In this document: positions 31,663 to 42,514 of the stretch, in pieces
Position numbering within the stretch: the first letter of the stretch is position 1
How the letters are laid out: every line of letters begins with the position of its first letter
Translations under genes and position numbers: made by a program
The notes under the pieces: model-generated
The model's database searches: none
Told to the model about the DNA's origin: nothing
The model's input: only the letters and a program-made list of their open reading frames with translations
Assembly (NCBI GenBank): GCA_001275005.1
Contig: JWZX01003339.1
Span: forward strand, 1-60,223
Source of the DNA: Chrysochromulina tobinii
Taxonomy: Eukaryota
Direction of reading: 5' to 3'
Length of the DNA: 60,223 bases

Positions 31663-33263
31663 CTACTCATCGAAATGCTCCGCGTCGCGTCCAGGCATGC
31701 GAGTGTCGCCTCCGGTGGCGCCTCTGGGCGCGCGGTCACGCGGGTCGTCGGCGGAGGATGCGGCGGCGCGGTCGAGGCCCCAGTTGATGTAATCGACGCC
31801 CTCGGCGGCGCGGTACTCCTCGAACAGGTCCTGAGCGATCTCGCGCGCGTCGTCGAACTCAGACAGATCGTCTGCGAACATGGCCACCTTGCGGAAATTG
31901 TCAAGGAAGGCATCGCGCTTGCGCAGCTTGTCATACTGCTGGCAGATGCGCTGGAAGAGATCGCGGATGGAGGTGTGGTTAGCGAGCATGAGGCCCGAGA
32001 CACGGTGAGGCGTCTTGACGTACGGCGAGCGGCGCGAGAGCGCGACCTGGATCGAGGCGGGCCCCCACGGGATGAACGAGCACAGCTGGCGCTCGCGGAT
32101 GCGCTGCAGCGACTTGTGCACCTGTGTCGGGTCCACCTCCCCTTGGATGATGTCCAGGATGGAGATGTAGCAGCCTCGGTCCTTTCGTGTCGCACACGAG
32201 ACCATGATATTCTTCGTCTGCAGCAGCCGGCGCATCACGTCCATGACCGAGGTCTTGCGGACCGCGAGGGGTGCCGCGGCGCCGCCCTGTGCCGCCGCCG
32301 TGCTCGTCGGCCCGTCGAGCATCAGAGGCGTGTAGCCGGTCATGAGGAAGTGAAGGCGCGGGGTGGGAATGAGAGACGACATGAGGCCTACCAGGTCGTT
32401 GTTCATGTAGCCCGGGAAGCGGAGGGTGTTGGTGGACGCGGCCATGACGGTCGAGACGAGCGAGTTGATCTGTGCGATCGTCGCGCTGTCCGAGTGCAGC
32501 CGCTCCGTCGCGATGCGATTGAGCGCCGTGTTGTCCAGCACGACCACTGCGTCGGCATTCAGCGTGAGCCGCTTGAGCGTCAGCAGCGAGTTGTATGGCT
32601 GCACGACGACGTCGCCGCCGTCCTGGTTGTTGGGGAAGACCGAGTACGTCTGGATCAGCTTCTTCGGGAAGTGGTCGTTGATCGCCTCGAGCATCCGTGA
32701 GCCCATCCCCGAGCCGGTGCCGCCCGCAATCGAGTGCGTCATGATGAAGCCCTCGAGGCTCTCCGAGCCGTCGGCCTCGCGGTCGATCATGTCCATGATC
32801 TCCTCCTGCACCTGCCCGCCGATGTCATACCCGTTGGCCCAATTGTTGCCCGCGCCGCCGCCCTCGGGGTGCTGGTAGATGTTCTCTTGGTTGAAGAGCC
32901 GCGGCAACTCCGCCTGCACATGCGAGAGCACACGCGGCTCAAGGTCGATGAGCAGCGAACGCGGGATGTACTGCTGGTCGTCGGCCTGGTAGAAGAAGAC
33001 GTCCTTGCGATCGCCGCCGTGCGTCGCAAAGTCCTCGAGGATGCCATTCTTGCTGATGCCGTGCTCAAGGCACAGTTGCTTCCAGAACTCCATGCCGATC
33101 TGGTTGCCGCATTGGCCCACCTGCAGCGTGATGATCTCGCGCGGCTGCGGCGGTGCACGCGCGACGCAGCGGGCGAGGCGCGTGAGGTGGACGTGATCAG
33201 GACAGGAGGCTCGGCAGCCGAGGCGGCGGGGCGAGCTCCGCGGCGACTTCGCGCGCACACCAT
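31663..33263 (-). CDS. TUBG: Gamma-tubulin; first coding exon is ATG only, intron 33145-33260
   Basis: [89 protein letters not shown]. Confidence 0.97.
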
Positions 33264-33479
33264 TTGCCCGGGTCGCTCGCAACTCTTCACTTCCCGTCCA
33301 CGGTGTGAAGCAGACACGTTTTCGAAACTTCGATCGCGTCTTCGCTGTTCGGTGCCAGGGAAAATGAACATGGGGGGGGGTGGGCGGCACGAAAGTCATC
33401 TTTCGATCTCGCGCTCACGATGGCGCCCAGAAGTCGAGCACATTGAGCGCCTCCCCTCTGTTTTTCGAGTGGGGGTCAA

Positions 33480-35153
33480 ATGGCTGCTCTGCTCCCTCGC
33501 CGCCAGCACATTGAGCGCCGCCCGGGCACGGGTCGCGAGATGACGCGCCGCGTCTTCGCGATCAGGCTGCCCTCACCCGCGACACTCTTCGGCGGCAAGA
33601 AGGGCGCATCCACGAAGGCCCGACGCAGCCAGACCCGTGGCGATGCGATCGAGTCGATGGTTGACATCGACAGCTACTTCAAGCCCGCGCAGGCGACGAC
33701 GCCGGCGCCTGCTGCCCTTGACGCACCGGTCGCCAGCGCTTCGGCTGCTGTCGCCACGCCGCTATCCTCGGCAGCGGTCGACCCCCCGGTCGCTTCCTGC
33801 TCAAGAGACGCGCCGGCCGCCGGTGCCCCGACACCGCACTCACTCGCAGCCTTCCGTCGCAAGTCCAAGATTCCGCGCACACCAGCGGAATGCCAACGCC
33901 CGGCTGAGGAGCCGCGCTCGGGCGAGGTCGAAGCTCTCGATGAGATGGCCGACGAGCACGAGGACATGCCCGACCAGTACGACGAGGCGGTGGAGGAGGA
34001 GGAGGTGCAGCAGCAGCAGCCAGAACCGCAGCAGTCCCCTTACGGCGGCGAGCCGGCACAGGGCGCTGGGAGCAGCCGGATCGCGGGTGCAGCAGCGAAG
34101 CGCTTGTCGACCCACTCGATGGGTTGCTCGCCCATCGCCTCGCTTTGCGACGAGGAGGCGGCGGACGCCGAGGAGGCCGAACGGGCGCGCGAGGAAGCAG
34201 TGGCTGCGGCCGTAGCCTCTGCGGCGGAGGAGGCGGCGCGCGAGGCACGCGAGGCGGCGGAGGAGGAGCTCGAGGATGAGCGCGCGGCGCTGCGTCAGCG
34301 CGAGGAGGAGCTCGAGCGCGAGAAGGAGAGGTTGGAGGAGCGTGCACTCCAAGCGGAGGAGGAACTTGCGCGGCTGCGCGAGGAGAAGGAGGCCGCGCTC
34401 GAGGCGGCGCTCGTGACGGCCGAGGCGGCGGAGGCGGCGCGCCTCGCACGGCAGCAGGAGCAGGAGCAGGAGCACGATTTTGATGATCGTGATGACGGCT
34501 TCGGCGATCATGGCGACGGCTTTGACGAGCCGGACCGTGAGGACGATGCGCAGGACGACGCTCAGGACGACGCTCAGGACGACGCTCAGGACGACGCTCC
34601 GCCTCCGCCCGCCTGCCCGCCGCCGCCGCTTACGGCGGCGATGCCGCCCCCACCGCGCCGCGCACCGGCTGCCCGGGGCGGCGAGAGCAAGAAGCGGCGC
34701 AACGAGCTCGATCGCCTGAGCATGCCGCCGGCGGTCGTCGAGCGCCTGGCCGCTCAATTGGGCTCGCTCGACCAGGCGGGCGGCCGGTCGCGCCGGCAGC
34801 GCTTCCGTCCACTGGAGTACTGGAAGGGCGAGCGTGTCGTCTACGGCCGTCGTGCATCGGCCAAGTTTGAGGCCGTTGTTGACGTGCTGGTGGCCGCGCC
34901 CGAGCCCGAGCCCGCACCGAAGGCACGCAAGACGGCCGCTAAGGCGGCAGGTAAGACTACCGGTAAGACTGCCGAGGCTGAGGTCGTGGAGCGGCGAGCA
35001 CCCGAGCTCCGTGAAGCACCGTCTGTGGTCGTGAGTGGCGGCGAGAGTGGCGACGAGGATGGCGGGCTGACGGACGCGGAGGAGCGCGAGGCCGCCCGCA
35101 AGCGCGCCGCCTCTTACCGGATAGCAGGCAAGAAGAAGGCGCAGAAGGCGTGA
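33480..35153 (+). CDS. CENPC: CENP-C/Mif2-like inner kinetochore protein
   Basis: CENP-C motif GRSRRQRFRPLEYWKGERVVY (about 34780-34845); N-terminal ESMVDIDSYF resembles the Mif2 N-terminal motif; otherwise low-complexity or coiled-coil. Confidence 0.75.
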   Translation: MAALLPRRQHIERRPGTGREMTRRVFAIRLPSPATLFGGKKGASTKARRSQTRGDAIESMVDIDSYFKPAQATTPAPAALDAPVASASAAVATPLSSAAVDPPVASCSRDAPAAGAPTPHSLAAFRRKSKIPRTPAECQRPAEEPRSGEVEALDEMADEHEDMPDQYDEAVEEEEVQQQQPEPQQSPYGGEPAQGAGSSRIAGAAAKRLSTHSMGCSPIASLCDEEAADAEEAERAREEAVAAAVASAAEEAAREAREAAEEELEDERAALRQREEELEREKERLEERALQAEEELARLREEKEAALEAALVTAEAAEAARLARQQEQEQEHDFDDRDDGFGDHGDGFDEPDREDDAQDDAQDDAQDDAQDDAPPPPACPPPPLTAAMPPPPRRAPAARGGESKKRRNELDRLSMPPAVVERLAAQLGSLDQAGGRSRRQRFRPLEYWKGERVVYGRRASAKFEAVVDVLVAAPEPEPAPKARKTAAKAAGKTTGKTAEAEVVERRAPELREAPSVVVSGGESGDEDGGLTDAEEREAARKRAASYRIAGKKKAQKA

Positions 35154-36086
35154 GGCGAGCGCCGTGATGAGCACCCGCTGACGGCGCTCGGGCACTCGCG
35201 CACGTATCTCGACTGTGTGTTTCGCGTGCCGCCGCCGGGTGGCTTCGTCGGGAGCGTCATGTCGAGCACCAGATGGGAAGGCGTGCTCGTCTCTCCTAAT
35301 CGGGGAGGGACTGGTTGGGATGGGAGGGAACGGGGCAGGGCCATCGGAGCGACGGTCCAGGGCGCTCGAGGTGCTCGACATGACGCTCATGGAGCTGCAT
35401 GACGCTCGACATGACGGTCCTGGGCGCTCGAGGCGGCGCTCCCGGGGGGCTCACATGAGCTGCATGGCGGCGGACACATGAGTACGGTGTAGCTACCCAC
35501 GGCGGAGGGCAGAGGCTGAGACTTGCGACGCTTGTGAGGGTGCCTGTGCGAGCCGACGCGAGATGCGAAGGCTCGAACGGATGCGAATGCGTCATGCGTG
35601 GCCGTGGAGTTTGAGAGTAGAGGTTTTACGTTGTTGTCGTGATATGTGTGGCGAGTGGGCGCGCGCCCCACACCTGAGCAGTACACGTGTTGTGATGATG
35701 CGAAGAGAAAGCGGTCGCCCGGATTTTGTGGATGCATCATGCTTTGCATAGCACGTATGCAGGAGGAGCTTGGAGATTATCTTCGTCATCATGATCATAC
35801 ATGTAACGCACGTACAGTAAGTCGCGCTTCTCTCTTTAATGTGCTGACCTATTTTCCTGTGGAAAGCCCAGCGAGACTCGTACAGTATGGAGGGTCGAAA
35901 CGGCGTCCCGTCGGTTCAAATTCACGTGACAAAGTCGCGAGGGGCTTGAAACAACCGAGAAAACACAAGCCCTCGAAGCAACCGAGAAAACACAAGCACT
36001 TTTTGTGCAGCTCGCAATCCCTAGCATACTTGGTGTTGGTGGCTCCTGCAGGCACGGCAGGGCGGTCGAGTTTCCGGGCGCTTCTG

Positions 36087-37601
36087 ATGGGTGCCCAACC
36101 TTCCAAGCCGACCGACGAGCAATGCGCCGAGCTCGAGGCGGTTAAGAGTGATGCCATCAAGCGCGCCGCCGCCGCTATCCGCCAAAGCGACGCCCTTCTC
36201 CTCATGACTGGTGCTGGATGGAGCGCTGACAGCGGCTTGGCAGTTTATGCAGATGTCGCCTGTATGCCGGCCTACCGCGAGCGTGGCCTGACATACCGGG
36301 ATCTCTGCGATCCAGGCTGGCTCGAAGACGAGCCTGCGCTCTTTCTGGGCTTCTGGGGTACTTGCTTCAACGACTACCGCAACACAGTGCCGCACGAAGG
36401 CTATCAGACCGTCGCCCGCTGGCGAGACCGATTCTTCCGGCATACGAGCGCCGCCGCGCGTCTTCGGGACGCCGCCGGCGCGCCGGGTGCCTTCTTTTCA
36501 TTCACCTCCAACGTCGATGCGCACGCGTATCAACACTTCTCGCCCTATGAGATTCGCGAGTGCCACGGCAACTCTGAGACCTGGCAGTGCGCCCACCGGC
36601 ATTGCCCTGGCCCGCCACCAGTGGCCGAGAGCGACGCGGCGGCCAACCTCGACCCGAAGGTTGTCAACTGCGCAGAACCGTTGCGTTGGGCAGCGCCGGC
36701 CAGCTTTCGATTCCGTGTGGACAAAGAGACAATGCTCGCGCCAGCCACAGGCGATCCGGCGGATCCCGCATCCCAGATCTCATCGGCCCAGGTCGCATCC
36801 TCCGAGATCTCGTCCACGTTGGGCGGCCCAAGCGAAGCGGGTGAGCTGAGCGACGTGGCGGCGCGGTCGTCGTCGGCGACGAAGGTCGCAAGGGCGTTTG
36901 CGACCAACTGGCCCAAGTGCATAGGCTGCGGCGGCGCGGCGAGACCCTCGATCCTCATGTTTCGCGATAGCCAGTGGCATGACGACGAGGAGCAATCCGA
37001 ACGATGGGAGACGTGGCGCAAGGCCTTAGTGGAGCTTGCACGCGAGCGGGGCGCCGACTTTCGACTCACCATTATCGAGGCGGGCGCGGGGGGCAATGTC
37101 ACGACCGTCCGTAACCTCTCCGAAGATGTGCTCACGGTGGTTCGCGAGGCAGGCGCGACGGCGACTCTCGTGCGCATCAACCCTGAGCTGCCGCTCGCCG
37201 ACCGGCTCGAGAACCAGCCCCACACCTTCTCGCTGCTCGCCAGAGGGCTTGACGCGGTGCGCGCCATCGATGCCGCAATGGAGCGGCAGCTCCGCGAGGG
37301 CGAGGATGCGTGCGCGGATGCGGACCTCACACCACCCGTGCTGTTGACCGTCAAGGCGGAAGAGGAACGGCCGGCGAGGCCGACGCGCACGGCAGCTGGG
37401 GAGACGGAATCGGAGGAGGAGGCGAAGGACGACGGGACGCATAGCCATAGGGATCCGTTCGAGAAGTGGGACCGGCTCAAGCTGAAGCTCGATGAGGGCA
37501 CGCGCAGCCTTGCGTTGCAGCTGCAGGGAATGCAAGGGCTAAGTGGCTCGGCCGACCCTCCCAGGATTGACCCGGTACCCATGCGCAGTGTGTATAGTTA
37601 G
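36087..37601 (+). CDS. Sirtuin (Sir2-family NAD-dependent enzyme), bacterial-like subtype, N-myristoylation motif
   Basis: MGAQPS; TGAGWSADSGL; FTSNVDAH; ECHGN; CAHRHC...CIGC; ARPSILMF; IEAGAG; LVRINP. Confidence 0.88.
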   Translation: MGAQPSKPTDEQCAELEAVKSDAIKRAAAAIRQSDALLLMTGAGWSADSGLAVYADVACMPAYRERGLTYRDLCDPGWLEDEPALFLGFWGTCFNDYRNTVPHEGYQTVARWRDRFFRHTSAAARLRDAAGAPGAFFSFTSNVDAHAYQHFSPYEIRECHGNSETWQCAHRHCPGPPPVAESDAAANLDPKVVNCAEPLRWAAPASFRFRVDKETMLAPATGDPADPASQISSAQVASSEISSTLGGPSEAGELSDVAARSSSATKVARAFATNWPKCIGCGGAARPSILMFRDSQWHDDEEQSERWETWRKALVELARERGADFRLTIIEAGAGGNVTTVRNLSEDVLTVVREAGATATLVRINPELPLADRLENQPHTFSLLARGLDAVRAIDAAMERQLREGEDACADADLTPPVLLTVKAEEERPARPTRTAAGETESEEEAKDDGTHSHRDPFEKWDRLKLKLDEGTRSLALQLQGMQGLSGSADPPRIDPVPMRSVYS

Positions 37602-37692
37602 GGGTGTGACACCACGGGTGTGGGACGACACTTCAGGGCTCGATTTATCTATGTGTGTGCGCGGTCTGTGAATGTGAATACGGGTCCACAAA
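37599..37692 (+). repeat. About 100-bp diverged direct repeat, copy 1
   Basis: AGGGGTGTGACAC..CGGGTGT...GGGCTCGATTTAT..TATGTGTGTGCGCGGTCT.TGAATGTGAATAC..GGGTCCACAA; matches 39931-40041. Confidence 0.85.
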
Positions 37693-37832
37693 TGATATGT
37701 ACGCGGTGTCGTATCGTAAGTGTTAGTGTGTCGTGAACTCCGTACGGGTGTCTGGTGTCGACTGGCGGTGAATGTAGCCTCGTCGTATGAACGAAGCATG
37801 ACGAAACGCGCGCACGAAACTTCAAAAAATTT

Positions 37833-39887
37833 ATGTGGTGCTGCGCTCAGGCGGGCCGAGTCTCGCCGCTCCCGGTCCCAGAGAATGCGGCGCTTCCTCC
37901 AGAGGCGAGCGCTGAGAAGCCGGCCTCCGTCATTCGACCGCAGGATACCTCGACGCTGCCAATCGCGACCGGGAACTTCCCGTCGGTCGAGGTCCACCGC
38001 CGCGCGATGGATGTGTACACGAAACTCGATCTCAATGCGGACAACAAGTTGGTGCTCGCGGAGCTCGCGGCCTTTGTCGGGGAGGGCGCCGCAGCGCGCT
38101 TCAAGCAGCTCGACATCGACGAGGATGGCAAGATCACTCGGACCGAGTTCAGCGACGCGTTTGGCCGAATCGAGCGCGAGCTGGGGCAATCTGCGGCCAT
38201 CAGCGAGCTCGACGAGATGTTGCAGCGCGTTGACGCGTACAACGCGTCCTCGGAAGGCGTCGCCGCGGAGCTCTCGAGCAAAGGCTTCTCGCTCGGGCAG
38301 CTCCTCGATTTCGTGCAGGAGAAGTGCCACGAGCAGAAGCTCATCTCAGAGACGACGACCACACTCGAGGTTGTGCGCAACATCGTCATCCCGGAGACCC
38401 AGGCCGCCGGCTGCTGTTACGCGGACACGCTGCCCGGCGGCCCGCGCACGCCCCAGACGCTGATGAGCCACTGGTGGGGCAACACCTTCCTGCACCTGGT
38501 CAGGGCGATCTGCGAGCACGCGGCGGGCAAGAACGAGCTCTTCCCGCACATGTACACGCAGGCGGAGCGGGCGAAGACCTACTGGCTCTGCATCTTCGCG
38601 GTGAACCAGCACGCGGCCGCCTGCCACTTCATGGGCTGCAGCTGCGGCTGCCCCAAGTTTGGCTCGGGCGACGTCAAGTGCCAAGTGGACAAGTTTCCAC
38701 GCGTGATGCGCCGCATGAGCAGCCACGGCCTGGCCATGGACCTGCAGCTGCGCACGCTCACGCGCGTGTGGGTACTCTCGGAGCTCGAGACGGCGATGCA
38801 CTCGAGCCCGCCGCTGGCGACCAAGTTCTGCGGCGTCGTCTCGACCGAGATCCTCGAGCGGCCCGAGGTGCCGTCGGTGCTGCAGGCCGAGGCCTCCTTC
38901 GAGGCCGACCGCGAGCTCATCCTGACCGCCATCGCCTCCAATGAGGGCGGCGTCGCGCAGTTCGACCGGCTGATCCAGACCATGGCGCTGCGCGAGATCG
39001 CGCTCATGCGCGCCTTCGCCTTTGTGCTGCGCGGCGAGGCGGCGCTGCTGGGCGCGGAGCTGCAGCAGCGGCCCGAGCTGCTCGACTCGGCCGATTCCAA
39101 GGGCCGGGGCGAGACGCTTCTCATGCGCGCGGCCAGATACGGGCACGTGCCAGTCGTGCGCGAGCTGCTCGAGAGGGGCGCGGACGTGGGGCTGGCGACG
39201 CGGGGCATGGGCTTCACCGCGCTGCACTACGGCGCCATCTGCTTCAACCCGGGCGCGCACGCGGACGTGCTCGAGCTGCTGCTGCAGGCGCGGGCCGAGC
39301 CGGGGGCGCTCAACTGCTTCGGGCGCACCGCGCTCGAGGAGAGCGTGCTCGCGTTCGGCGAGGAGGCGCTTGGCACGCAGCTGCTGCTCGGCGCGACGCC
39401 CGACGCGCAGCAGGCGGTGGCGCGGGCGCACGCGGCGACGGGCTTCACGCCGCAGCCGCGTGACGCCGAGCTCTTCGCGCACGGGGCGCTGCGGCAGGAC
39501 TCGTGGTCGCGACCCGACATCGTGCTCTCCATCAAGCAGCCCATCGACGGCGAGATCGCAGCGTTCAACCCGTGGGTCAAGCCGATCGAGTTCGGCACGG
39601 TCGCCAATGAGATCGTGCCCAACTACCCGCAGGCGCGCACGCTCGTCACAGCCTCGCAGCGCTTCGCCGCGTATGTTCGGTACCGCTGGCCGCTCTGGGA
39701 GTTCACGAGCCTTGTGCTGCAGTACACGACTGAGAACGACCCCGCCTTCTACCGCGTCGACCTCGAGCGGGGCGAGCTGCGCCAGATCAACCGTGGAGAT
39801 GAGAAGCTAACGGTGAAACAGCAGATTTACGACGAGAACTCGGTGCTCACCAAGGTGCAGTGCTCCATCCGCATGCTCTACCCGTGA
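37833..39887 (+). CDS. EF-hand + HET(TIR-related)-like domain + ankyrin repeat protein
   Basis: EF-hands DLNADNKLVLAE and DIDEDGKITRTE; LMSHWWG...YWLCIFAVNQH...LTRVWVLSEL; ANK GETLLMRAARYGHVPVVRELLERGAD, GFTALHYGA, GRTALE. Confidence 0.75.
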   Translation: MWCCAQAGRVSPLPVPENAALPPEASAEKPASVIRPQDTSTLPIATGNFPSVEVHRRAMDVYTKLDLNADNKLVLAELAAFVGEGAAARFKQLDIDEDGKITRTEFSDAFGRIERELGQSAAISELDEMLQRVDAYNASSEGVAAELSSKGFSLGQLLDFVQEKCHEQKLISETTTTLEVVRNIVIPETQAAGCCYADTLPGGPRTPQTLMSHWWGNTFLHLVRAICEHAAGKNELFPHMYTQAERAKTYWLCIFAVNQHAAACHFMGCSCGCPKFGSGDVKCQVDKFPRVMRRMSSHGLAMDLQLRTLTRVWVLSELETAMHSSPPLATKFCGVVSTEILERPEVPSVLQAEASFEADRELILTAIASNEGGVAQFDRLIQTMALREIALMRAFAFVLRGEAALLGAELQQRPELLDSADSKGRGETLLMRAARYGHVPVVRELLERGADVGLATRGMGFTALHYGAICFNPGAHADVLELLLQARAEPGALNCFGRTALEESVLAFGEEALGTQLLLGATPDAQQAVARAHAATGFTPQPRDAELFAHGALRQDSWSRPDIVLSIKQPIDGEIAAFNPWVKPIEFGTVANEIVPNYPQARTLVTASQRFAAYVRYRWPLWEFTSLVLQYTTENDPAFYRVDLERGELRQINRGDEKLTVKQQIYDENSVLTKVQCSIRMLYP

Positions 39888-39930
39888 GACGGAGGCGGGA
39901 GCGAGTGGCGAAGTTATACGTATTTAGTTA

Positions 39931-40041
39931 AAGGGGTGTGACACAGCGGGTGTTGAACGTCACGTGTGGGCTCGATTTATAGCTTTTATGTGTGTGTGCG
40001 CGCGCGGTCTATGAATGTGAATACCAATACGGGTCCACAAG
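39931..40041 (+). repeat. About 100-bp diverged direct repeat, copy 2
   Basis: Matches 37599-37692. Confidence 0.85.
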
Positions 40042-40252
40042 TTGGAGGTTCGGGTGTTTGGAACTCCGGTCGCGGGGTGACTGTCTTGGTGTCGAAGGGC
40101 GGGGGACTTCACTGCGCCCTCCACGTTGTGTCTCCACGGGACCTGTGGTAGTGTGTCTTGCCGGGATGGCAAATTAACGTGAACGTGAACGTGAAGGGCG
40201 GGGGACCCCCCCTTTCACCCACGAAACGTCACGAAGTTGGGTTTTTTGCGGA

Positions 40253-42076
40253 ATGCGGACCTTGAAGCGCAAGCGCACTACGGATGGCTCCACGGCTGCC
40301 ACAGTTGCTCAAGAGGAGGGCTCTGCCGCAGCCCTCACGGCCGAATCATGCTTCGCGCCGGGCGCGCTGTCGCGTGCCAAAGAGCTGTCCGAAACCTTTG
40401 CGGCCGCCTCTCCATTTCCACACGCCCACCTCTCGTCCATCCTTGCGCAGCCAGCGCTCCTCGCGGTGCGGCAGGAGCTTGGCCTGCTGCGCAGCACCTT
40501 CAAGGAGACCGACATGTTCAAGGTCTTCCAGACGGGCGACTTGGCGAACCTTGACGCCGCCGATGCTGAGCATTCGGCGGCGCTGCCAGCGACGATCGCC
40601 CTGCGCGCGGCGCTGTACTCGCCAGCGTTTCGCGCCTTCGTGCGGACCGTGACGGGCTGCCCGCCGCTCACCGGGCAGCAAGATATGTCGTGCAACGCGT
40701 ACCGCCACGGCGGCCACCTGCTCTGCCACGATGACGTGATCGGCACGCGGTGCGTCTCTTACGTGCTCTATCTCTCGCGGCCGGGTAAGCCGTGGCGTCC
40801 GCGGCTGGGCGGCGCGCTCGAGCTATACGCGGTCGCGTCCTCCGCGAGCGGGGGCAGTGTGCAACCCTCACCCGTACACCTGCTCCCGCCCGAGTTCGGC
40901 ACCCTCGTCCTCTTCCGCGTCCAACCCGGCGTGAGCTACCATGCAGTCCAGGAGATAGCCTCTCGCCAACCCCGCCTCTCCATCTCCGGATGGTTCCATG
41001 CGGCGACGCCTCCAGAGGGCGCCGACTCGCTCGCGACGCTCGCACAGCTCGAGCGCGGCGCGGCGGGCGCCGGCGGCGGGCCGCGCGCGCGCGCGCTGCG
41101 CCGGCCGTTACCACAGCCGAGTCGACCACTCACGCCAGCACAGGTACGTTGATTGCCACTGATGACCTGCCTTGCATGCAATGCTCACCACAGCGCGGTC
41201 GCTCCTCTCGCGCCATCACAGGAGGCGCAGCTGGCGGCGGTCGTGCATCCGGCCTACCTGAAGGCGTCGACGATGGCAGCGGTACGCTCGCAGCTCGAGT
41301 CGCAAGGGGCGGCGCTGCTCGCAAGCTTCCTCCGCCCGGAGATCGCGGCTGCCCTCGCGCACGCTGCCCTCGCCGCGGATCGGCGCGACGGTTTAGATGG
41401 CGGTGAGATGCCCTCTACCGGCCCGCCGTATGCGGCGGGTACCAGGCGCCCGGGATGGCGCCTACTTGGCCCACCGCAGCTGCGCCGCTACCTACGTTAC
41501 CGTCCTCGGCCGGCAACTGCGGCCGAGGTTGAAGGGCACGGCGCCGACGGCGACGCCGGCGGCGCAGAGGGCGAGGGTGGTGGCACGCGGCGGCTGCGTG
41601 GGGTAGGCGCGCAGCTGGAGGCGGTACGAGAGGTGATGAGCTCGGCACCCTTTGTGCAGTGGCTCGCGCATCTGAGCGGCCTCACGCCGCGCAGCTGCGC
41701 TGCCGAGGTGCGCCGCTTCCGACCCGGCCTCGACTACTCTCTCGCACATGTGGGTACGCAATGCACGCACGAGACGCTCGACGCGACGCTCACGTTCGTC
41801 GCCTCGCGCGCGGAGGAGTGCGCGGCGTGGGAGTCGGGCGACGTGGGCGGGTTCGAGTGCCACGTGCAGGCGTCCGAAGAGGACCACGGCGCTGCTGACG
41901 TGTACAAGGCGGACGAGTCCTCTGCCGGAGTCACCTCGATCCACCCGCAAACCAACGCGCTCAGCCTCGTGCGCCGTGGCACGGACACGATGAAGTTCAT
42001 CAAGTATGTGAGCGCGGCGGCGCCCGGAAGCCGATGGGACGTTGCCGCTAGCTACGTGTGTGGAGCCGTGCTGTGA
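40253..42076 (+). CDS. TPA1/OGFOD1-like 2OG-Fe(II) prolyl hydroxylase; intron 41144-41221
   Basis: KETDMFKVFQTGDLANLD; GHLLCHDDVIGTRCVSYVLYL; GGALELY; SYHAVQE; RLSISGWFH; second domain RRFRPGLDYSLA, WESGDVGGFECH, MKFIKYVSAAAPGSRWD. Confidence 0.92.
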
Positions 42077-42514
42077 AGAGTGCCCCCGAGTGCAGTCGGT
42101 CCAGTGAGGACGTCAGTGTGTGTGTGTGTTCGTCTCGGGTCTCCTAAGGGTCTCCAGAACCAGATTGGAAAAGTGCTCTGCGGTACTATGCGTACAACCG
42201 CCGAGGTTGTTCCGGCAACCGCGAGGCCGGCAGTTCGGGAGCTGCGAGCCGGCGCGGCGCCGTGCTGCAGCTTGCAGCATGCAGGAGCAGTGCCGACAAG
42301 AGGTCAAGAGCGGCTCGTAACCGGCCCGACCGGCAGAGGGCAGGGCCTCCGCCACGCTCTCGCGGCCCGCGGGCCCCAGCCCCCCAGCGACGTAGCCCGG
42401 AGCGAGGGCCGTGACGCGCGGCGCCCCCCCCCCCACGCGTTCACAGCCAAGGTGAGTGTGCCCGCGGCCGTGATATTCATAAGAGAGGCAAGGGGTTCTT
42501 GCGTGAGGGTTGCG

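Noticed and set aside
33264..33399. Long N-terminal extension of gamma-tubulin
   Set aside because: Explained by an ATG-only exon and intron 33145-33260, which give the canonical MPREII.
35646..36086. N-terminal extension of the sirtuin ORF
   Set aside because: GTG start and non-coding-like composition with a short direct repeat; ATG 36087 gives a better start.
36087..39887. Thoeris-like SIR2 + TIR two-gene system
   Set aside because: The sirtuin retains Zn-finger deacylase features and lacks a SLOG or macro sensor; adjacency alone is insufficient.
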